Assembly: GCA_963808235.1 (NCBI GenBank)
Contig: CAWEEQ010000004.1
Span: forward strand, 3,392,001-3,456,000
Direction: 5' to 3'
Origin: an uncultured delta proteobacterium
Lineage (GTDB): Bacteria > Desulfobacterota > Binatia > Binatales > Binataceae
DNA: 64,000 nucleotides
The notes beneath the pieces are model-generated. The model made no database searches and was not told the origin of the DNA. It saw only the letters and a list, made by a program, of their open reading frames with translations. Shown one piece after another: positions 58,469 through 64,000 of this stretch. Both the position numbers and the translations under genes were made by a program. Numbering within the stretch: position 1 is the first letter of the stretch; the number at the start of each line of letters is the position of its first letter.

Positions 58469-58497
58469 GATTGGTCATGCATCGCCGCGAATTGTGC

Positions 58498-59082
58498 TTA
58501 CTTGAAATTCGCGCTCGCGAAATCCCAATTGACCATCTTCCAAAACGCGTCGACGTATTTCGGCCGCGCATTGCGATAGTCGATATAGTACGCATGCTCC
58601 CACACGTCGCAGGTGATTATCGGCGTCTGCCCCTGCCGTATCGGGCATCCCGCATCATGCGTCGCGATCACCTGAATTGAACCGTCCTTGCCGCGCACCA
58701 GCCACGCCCATCCGCTCCCGAAGTGCCCGTCTGCAATCTCGCTGAATTTTTTCTTGAACGCATCGAAATGCCCGAACGCTTTCTTGATCGCATCGGCGAC
58801 GCGGTCCCTTCGGTTCGCCGCCACCCTTCGGACTGAGTGACTTCCAGTAGAAAGAATGATTCCAATGCTGCTCGGCATTGTTAAAGAGCGGCCCCGGTTC
58901 CGCGGTCTTGAGAATCTCTTCGAGCGGTGCGCCCTCGAATTTGCTGTTCTTGACCAGGTCGTTGAGCTTGTCGACGTATGCCTTGTGATGTTTGCCGTGA
59001 TGATATTCAAGCGTCTCGGCCGACAGATGCGGCTTCAACGCGTCCATTGCGGTATGGGAGGTTCGGGGAGTTCAAAAGCCAT
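58498..59082 (-). CDS. sodB: Superoxide dismutase [Fe], frameshifted
   Basis: MAFELP start, HHGKHH, FNNAEQHWNHSFYW, FGSGWAWL, DVWEHAYY across frames. Confidence 0.9.
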
Positions 59083-59279
59083 GAAGATGTACCTTCCTTT
59101 CGTGTGTGTTTGATCTGATCTTACGCCCGACAATGAACCGAGGCGAATTTCCGGCTCACGCCAATGTGTTGCGCGGTTCAAACCAACGCGCGGCGACTGT
59201 TGCAAAAGCGGTTATGCTATGAAAAGAGAAACTCGAAAGCGGGTTTCAGGCGGGGCGAACTCGAAGGAGGAGGATTCCG

Positions 59280-59977
59280 ATGGAAGAACTGGTCTTCATG
59301 CTGCTCAGATTCTTGCACTTCCTTTTCGGTATCATGTGGATAGGCCTGCTCTATTATTTCAATTTCGTGCAGACGCCGTTCTTCGGCGAAACCGATCCCG
59401 CAGTCAGCAGCGGCGCGATTCAGAAACTGGTCCCGCGCGCGCTCTGGTGGTTTCGATGGGGCGCGATGGGCACCGTCATCTTCGGCCTGCTCTACCTGCT
59501 GATGTGGTGGGCGATGCGCCTGGACTACGCGATGACCTCGTGGACCGTCGCGATTTTCACCGGCGGCCTGATGGGCCTCATCATGTGGGCCAACGTATGG
59601 TTCGTCATCTGGCCGAATCAGAAAATCGTCATCGGCAACGCGGCTGCGATGGCTGGAGGAGCGCCAGCCAATCCCGCCGCCGCGCCCGCCGGACGGCGCG
59701 CCGCATTGGCCTCGCGCACCAACACCTTTTTTCGATCCCGATGCTGTTCTTCATGGGGGCGGCGAGCCACTACACCCTGTTCAATGAGCCGACCTCCAGC
59801 GGAATCACCAGGTGGCTGGTGATCTCGCTGATCATAATTGCGCTGGTCGAAGCGAACGCGCTCATCGGCTCCCAGGGCGCGACCAAGAAGCCGCTTGATT
59901 CGATCTCCGGCACCGTCACCATGGGCGCTGTCCTATGGGCCGTGCTGGTCGTGGTCATCATGATAAGCTTGCGCTGA
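59280..59977 (+). CDS. PuuD-like (urate oxidase N-terminal) membrane protein, frameshift at the T-run near 59727
   Basis: RFLH...IMWIGLLYYFNFVQ, ALWWFRWGA, NVWFVIWPNQK, SRTN, SIPMLFFM. Confidence 0.75.
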
Positions 59978-59997
59978 TTCGAAGAGCTGACAGATCT

Positions 59998-60031
59998 CGA
60001 AGGGAGCGAAATCGTCGCTCCCTTCGTTCTT
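59998..60031 (+). terminator. Probable Rho-independent terminator
   Basis: Stem CGAAGGGAGCGA/TCGCTCCCTTCG followed by TTCTT. Confidence 0.65.
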
Positions 60032-60100
60032 CCAAATCCCCGCGTGCCAGTGGCACCTCCTTGATCCAGGAAGGCTTTGCATAACTGGTCGAGGCATACA

Positions 60101-60490
60101 TCCCCTCTCCCGATGGGAGAGGATTGAAGGTGCGAGGGACCTTATCCAGCGCGCGTTTTTTGGCGCGCGATTCAAGATTCTGCTCCGCTCCGAAAGCCGT
60201 GCGAAGGTTATCCTGAACCTCCCCTTGTCCGAGGGGAGGTCGGAGCGCGCCAAAGGAGCGCTCCGGGAGAGGTGCGACGCACGATAGCGCACACCGCCAA
60301 CTCGTCTAACCACTGTTCACTCGCTACAGGTGCGTCCATTTTGTCATTCTGAGCAGCGAAGAATCCCGGATTTTTCTCGGCACAAAACACCTCGACTTCG
60401 CTTCGGGCGCGCGTAGCCGAGCCGCTCCAATCCAATGTGCAGTTATGCAAAGCTCTCCCCTTCTCTCAGGGGAAGGGCCGGGGGTTAGGT
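60101..60490 (+). repeat. Cluster of REP-like palindromes (family A x3, family B x1)
   Basis: Units at about 60101, 60217, 60342 and 60453 between convergent genes. Confidence 0.7.
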
Positions 60491-60830
60491 TCAGTTCTTC
60501 ACTTCGGCCAGAAACGCCGTCAGATTATCGATCTGATTCCTGAGCTGCGGCAGCGCGCGCATCGCATGCGTCGTCCGCTTGGGCGTGTATCCGGGCGGAT
60601 ACTTGAGATACAGCACGCGATCCTCGACCAACTCTCGCGACGAGCCCGCGATCGGCGGCCCCTGGCTGCCTGCCAGATTCGGATTCGGATTGTGGCAGAC
60701 CACGCAATTCGTCATGTACACGATCCGCCCCTTCTGCGCCGGCGTCATGCGGCTTCGACGGCCCACATCCCGAGAGCGCAAGACTTAATATCGCGATGCT
60801 CGCGAGCGCAAAATTTCCCGCGCGCAGCAT
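60491..60830 (-). CDS. Mono-heme cytochrome c lipoprotein (frameshift near 60750)
   Basis: Lipobox LSGC; CVVCH; distal Met in THAM. Confidence 0.78.
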
Positions 60831-60900
60831 CGCCGTATTTTTTGACCGGGAAGTAGGAAGGCGGCCGGAGGTATTGTGCACGGGATAAAAGTCTTCTTGT

Positions 60901-61523
60901 CTACAGTTCGCGGCGGCCGCTGAGCGCGCTGGTCAGTGTCGCCGAGTCGCTGTACTCGAGATCGCCGCCGGCCGGCAGTCCCCGCGCGAGCCGGGTCGTC
61001 TTGACCCCAGCGGCTTCAACGCGCGCGCGATATAAAGCGCGGTCGCCTCGCCCTCGACGGTCGCGTTGGTCGCGATTATCACCTCGCGAATCGACGCCGG
61101 CGGACTCACGCGCGCGATCAGTTCCTTCATCTTGATATCGTCGGGGCCGATTCCGTCCAGCGGCGCGAGCGCGCCGTTGAGCACGTGATAGACGCCGCCG
61201 AAACTGCGCGCCCGCTCGATCGCCATCAGGTCGGCCGGCCCCTCGACGACGCAAATCATCTCGCGCTCGCGCGCCGGGTCGTCGCAGATCTGGCAGCGCG
61301 GATGGTCCGACAGCCCGAAGCATCCCGAGCACAGCCCGACCCGCTCTTTCATTTCGAGCAGCGACTCGGCCAGCGCGATCACCTGGTCGCGCGGACGATT
61401 GAGCAGGTTGAACGCCAGCCGCGACGCGGTCTTCTCCCCGATTCCCGGCAGGCGCGACAACTCCTTCACCAGCCGCGTCATCGCCGGCGGCAGTCCGTCC
61501 TGCCGCTTCAGGTTTTCCGCCAT
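60901..61523 (-). CDS. recR: Recombination mediator RecR (frameshift near 61010)
   Basis: [13 protein letters not shown]4 Zn finger, ICVVE, YHVL.G, EGEATA, G.P.GGDLEY. Confidence 0.95.
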
Positions 61524-61536
61524 CACGCGCGCTCCG

Positions 61537-61864
61537 TCATTCCGCGCCGCCGAAGCCGGGAATCTTCATGCCCGCCGAGCGGCCCGAGCTTGCCCATCTC
61601 GTCGGCGAGCATCTTCTGCGCGCGCGCCATTCCGTCGTTGACCGCGACCACGATCAGGTCTTCGAGCATCGCCTTGTCGTTGGCGGCGACGATCGCCGCG
61701 TCGATTTCGATTTTGCGCACGCGCAATCGTGCCGTCCACCACCACCCGCACCATCCCGCCGCCCGATTGTGCCTCGACGGTTTTCGCCGCCGCCTGTTCC
61801 TGCATCTCCTTGCATACTTGGTCTGCAACGCCTGCGCCTGCTGCATCAGTGAACTCAAATCCAT
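61537..61864 (-). CDS. ybaB: YbaB/EbfC nucleoid-associated protein (frameshifted)
   Basis: LMQQAQ, SGGGMVRV, MLEDLIVVAVND; lies between dnaX and recR. Confidence 0.9.
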
Positions 61865-61947
61865 TTCTGCCACTACCGTCGCTCCCTGGTCTGCGGGCTC
61901 CCCCGCCGCAGCCTATTTTATTTCGATCTGCTTTTTTATTTCGATTC

Positions 61948-63811
61948 TCAAGATCGCCTTCCTTCGCCTTGTCCGGCACTGGATTCGGCATCCTCGAGTT
62001 CCACCAGCCGCGCGTCGAGCGTGTCGAACACTCGCCGCACCGCCGGATCGGTAAGACGTGCGTTGCGTTCCTCGGGCGTCGCGACCCGCCGCGCCGTTTC
62101 CTTGATCGGCCGATTTCTGATCGGTCGTCGGTCGCCATGGCAACGACTGTCTTGGCACTCGGCGACGGCCGCGGCGATGCCGGTGACGCCAGCTCTTCTG
62201 GGTACGCGGCGCAGCGTCGTCGAGTCTTGGCCCGCGATGGCGCAGCGCCGTCGGTCGAAAGCTCGACGCGAATCTGCGCGCCCGAGATGCTCGCTCGCAA
62301 GCTCCGCGATCACCGCCGTTGTCGCTCAGATAGCGAATATAGATGTCGTTGCGCGCGGTGACCGTGAGCGTATCTCTGTCCAGCACGAGTCCCGCGCCCT
62401 GCTCCATGAAACCTGCCAGCGCCGCGCGACGCCCGCGGATAAAATCTCGCAACTCGGGAAGTCGCGCGCACCGTCGTCGTCGTCCTGCCCGGCGCGCCGC
62501 AGCGGCGCGTCCGCCTTCACCTCGCCCTCGACGCGCAGCCGCGTCGCGCGCCGCCGACGGCTCGCTCGACGCGGCTCCGACGACGACGCTCCGCGGCGCC
62601 GCCGCCACCGCCAGGCGGCTTGCCCGAGGTGGAGTTCCCGACGCCGGCGGCGCTTCCGCTCGCTCCGATCGCGCGCATCAACTCGTCCGCATCGATCACC
62701 GCCGCGAGCGACGCCATCCGCACCACCGCCATCTCCAGCATCAGATCCGGATACGGCGAGCGCATGATCTGCTCCTGCGAGTCGGCCATCAATCGAAAGA
62801 GCCGCATGATATCGCGCGAGCTCGCCCGCGCCGCCAGCCGCTTCAGCTCCGTCACTTCGTGATCGGGAATATCGTCGAGCGGGCTCTGCGAGCCGCCGCG
62901 GGAAGTTTCGCGACGGCCAGATTCCTAAGCGTCTCGAGCAAGTCGCGTCCGAGCGATTCGAGATTCGCGCCGCGGCCCCGAGCTCGCGCACCAGCGCGAG
63001 CGCGCCGGCCGCGATTTTTTTCGAGAATCGCATCCGCGAGTTGAGCACCGTCGTCCGGCTCGCGACGCCGAGCGACGCCGCAACTTCGGCCTCGCTGACC
63101 TTGCCCGCGGCGACCGACGCGATCGCCGTCTCGAGCATCCGCTCCGCATCGCGCATGCTGCCGCCGGCCTCGCGCGCGAGCAGTCTCAGCGCCGCCTCTT
63201 CGACCTCGACGTCTTCACGCTTCGCCAGGTCTTTCAGCCGCTCGAGCATCGTCGCGATACGGAATCCGCCGGAAGTCGTAGCGCTGCAAGCCGCGACAGG
63301 ATCGTCTCCGGCATCTTCTGCGGCTCGGTCGTCGCGAGGATAAATTTGACGTGCGGCGGCGGCTCTTCGAGCGTCTTCAGCAGCGCGTTGAACGCCTGGT
63401 CGGTGAGCTGATGCGCTTCGTCGATAATGTAAATCTTGAAACGATCGCGCGCCGGCCGGTAGCTCAGATTTTCGATAATCGCGCGTGCGTCGTCGATCTT
63501 CCGATAGGTCGCGCCGTCGATCTCGCTGACGTCGAGCGCGCGCCCGCCGCGAATCTCCACGCACGCCGCGCATTCGCCGCACGGCTCCGCGGTCGGCCCC
63601 TTCTCGCAGTTGAGGCATCGCGCGAGGATCCGCGCCGCCGTGGTCTTGCCGACTCCGCGAATCCCGGTGAACAGAAACGCATGCGCGATTCGGCCGCGCT
63701 TCAGCGCCTCGCCGAGCGTGCGCGTAACGTGCTCCTGCCCGACCAGCTCGGAGAAACGCTCCGGCCGCCATTTGCGCGCGAGCACCAGATGTGGCTGTGA
63801 GTATCGGCCAT
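61948..63811 (-). CDS. dnaX: DNA polymerase III subunit gamma/tau (several frameshifts)
   Basis: LARKWRP, GIRGVGKTT, CGEC..C, IIDEAH, LLKTLEEPP, TILSR, GSMRDA; dnaX-ybaB-recR synteny. Confidence 0.93.
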
Positions 63812-63846
63812 CGCAAATTTTTTATTTCCGGAGCTGCCCGTCGAAT

Positions 63847-63948
63847 GATAGCCAGGCACCCCTGCGGCACAGGGTGACAGCCGGTACCGTTGCTTCCTTC
63901 CGGACCTGGCGGGGTTCGCGGCCTTCCCTTGCGCAGGACCCGGCTATC
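63847..63948 (-). ncRNA. ffs: Signal recognition particle RNA (small, 4.5S)
   Basis: Minus strand has CCAGGTCCGGAAGGAAGCAACGG (domain IV) and terminal stem GATAGCC/GGCTATC; sits upstream of dnaX. Confidence 0.93.
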
Positions 63949-64000
63949 AGCGGCGGGCAGTTCCGATAAAGTTAAAAAGTTAAACAGAACGCTCCGTGTG

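Noticed and set aside
60040-60490. CRISPR array in the repeat-rich intergenic region
   Set aside because: The repeats are heterogeneous palindromes without constant length or spacing, and no cas genes are present.
63010-63025. A7 run in dnaX (minus strand) as a programmed gamma/tau frameshift site
   Set aside because: It lies too early in the gene, within the clamp-loader core, and is surrounded by other indels that look like sequencing error.

Overview
This is a GC-rich, gene-dense bacterial chromosome segment from a diderm organism (it has an OprO/P-type porin and lipoproteins). The gene content resembles Binatota or other deltaproteobacteria-like soil lineages; that placement is inference. 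Main blocks: (1) sulfate uptake operon yezD-porin-sbp-cysT-cysW-cysA followed by a Tat-signal MsrB; (2) lipid/acyl-CoA catabolism genes (thiolase-like/DUF35 pair, two crotonases, ACAD plus APH kinase, a second APH kinase with an LvaB-like gene); (3) an IS1-family remnant, a DEAD-box helicase, higBA and a three-subunit molybdenum hydroxylase with MoaD; (4) a lower-GC two-gene islet next to a stand-alone LanC-like gene; (5) mtnA, a peptide ABC transporter and a macro domain; (6) a polyphosphate-type operon ppx/tmk-like/tmk-like/CHAD/sixA preceded by Pho-box-like 11-bp phased repeats, which is the best candidate for an under-described system; (7) sir-cysH-orf divergent from an Rrf2 regulator; (8) sodB, a PuuD-like membrane protein, cytochrome c, recR-ybaB-dnaX and the SRP RNA (ffs). 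Many genes, including essential dnaX, carry small indels that are most likely uncorrected long-read errors. Several REP-like palindrome families and one candidate sRNA are present. I saw no CRISPR array, tRNA or rRNA. All calls come from reading motifs by eye; no searches were run.
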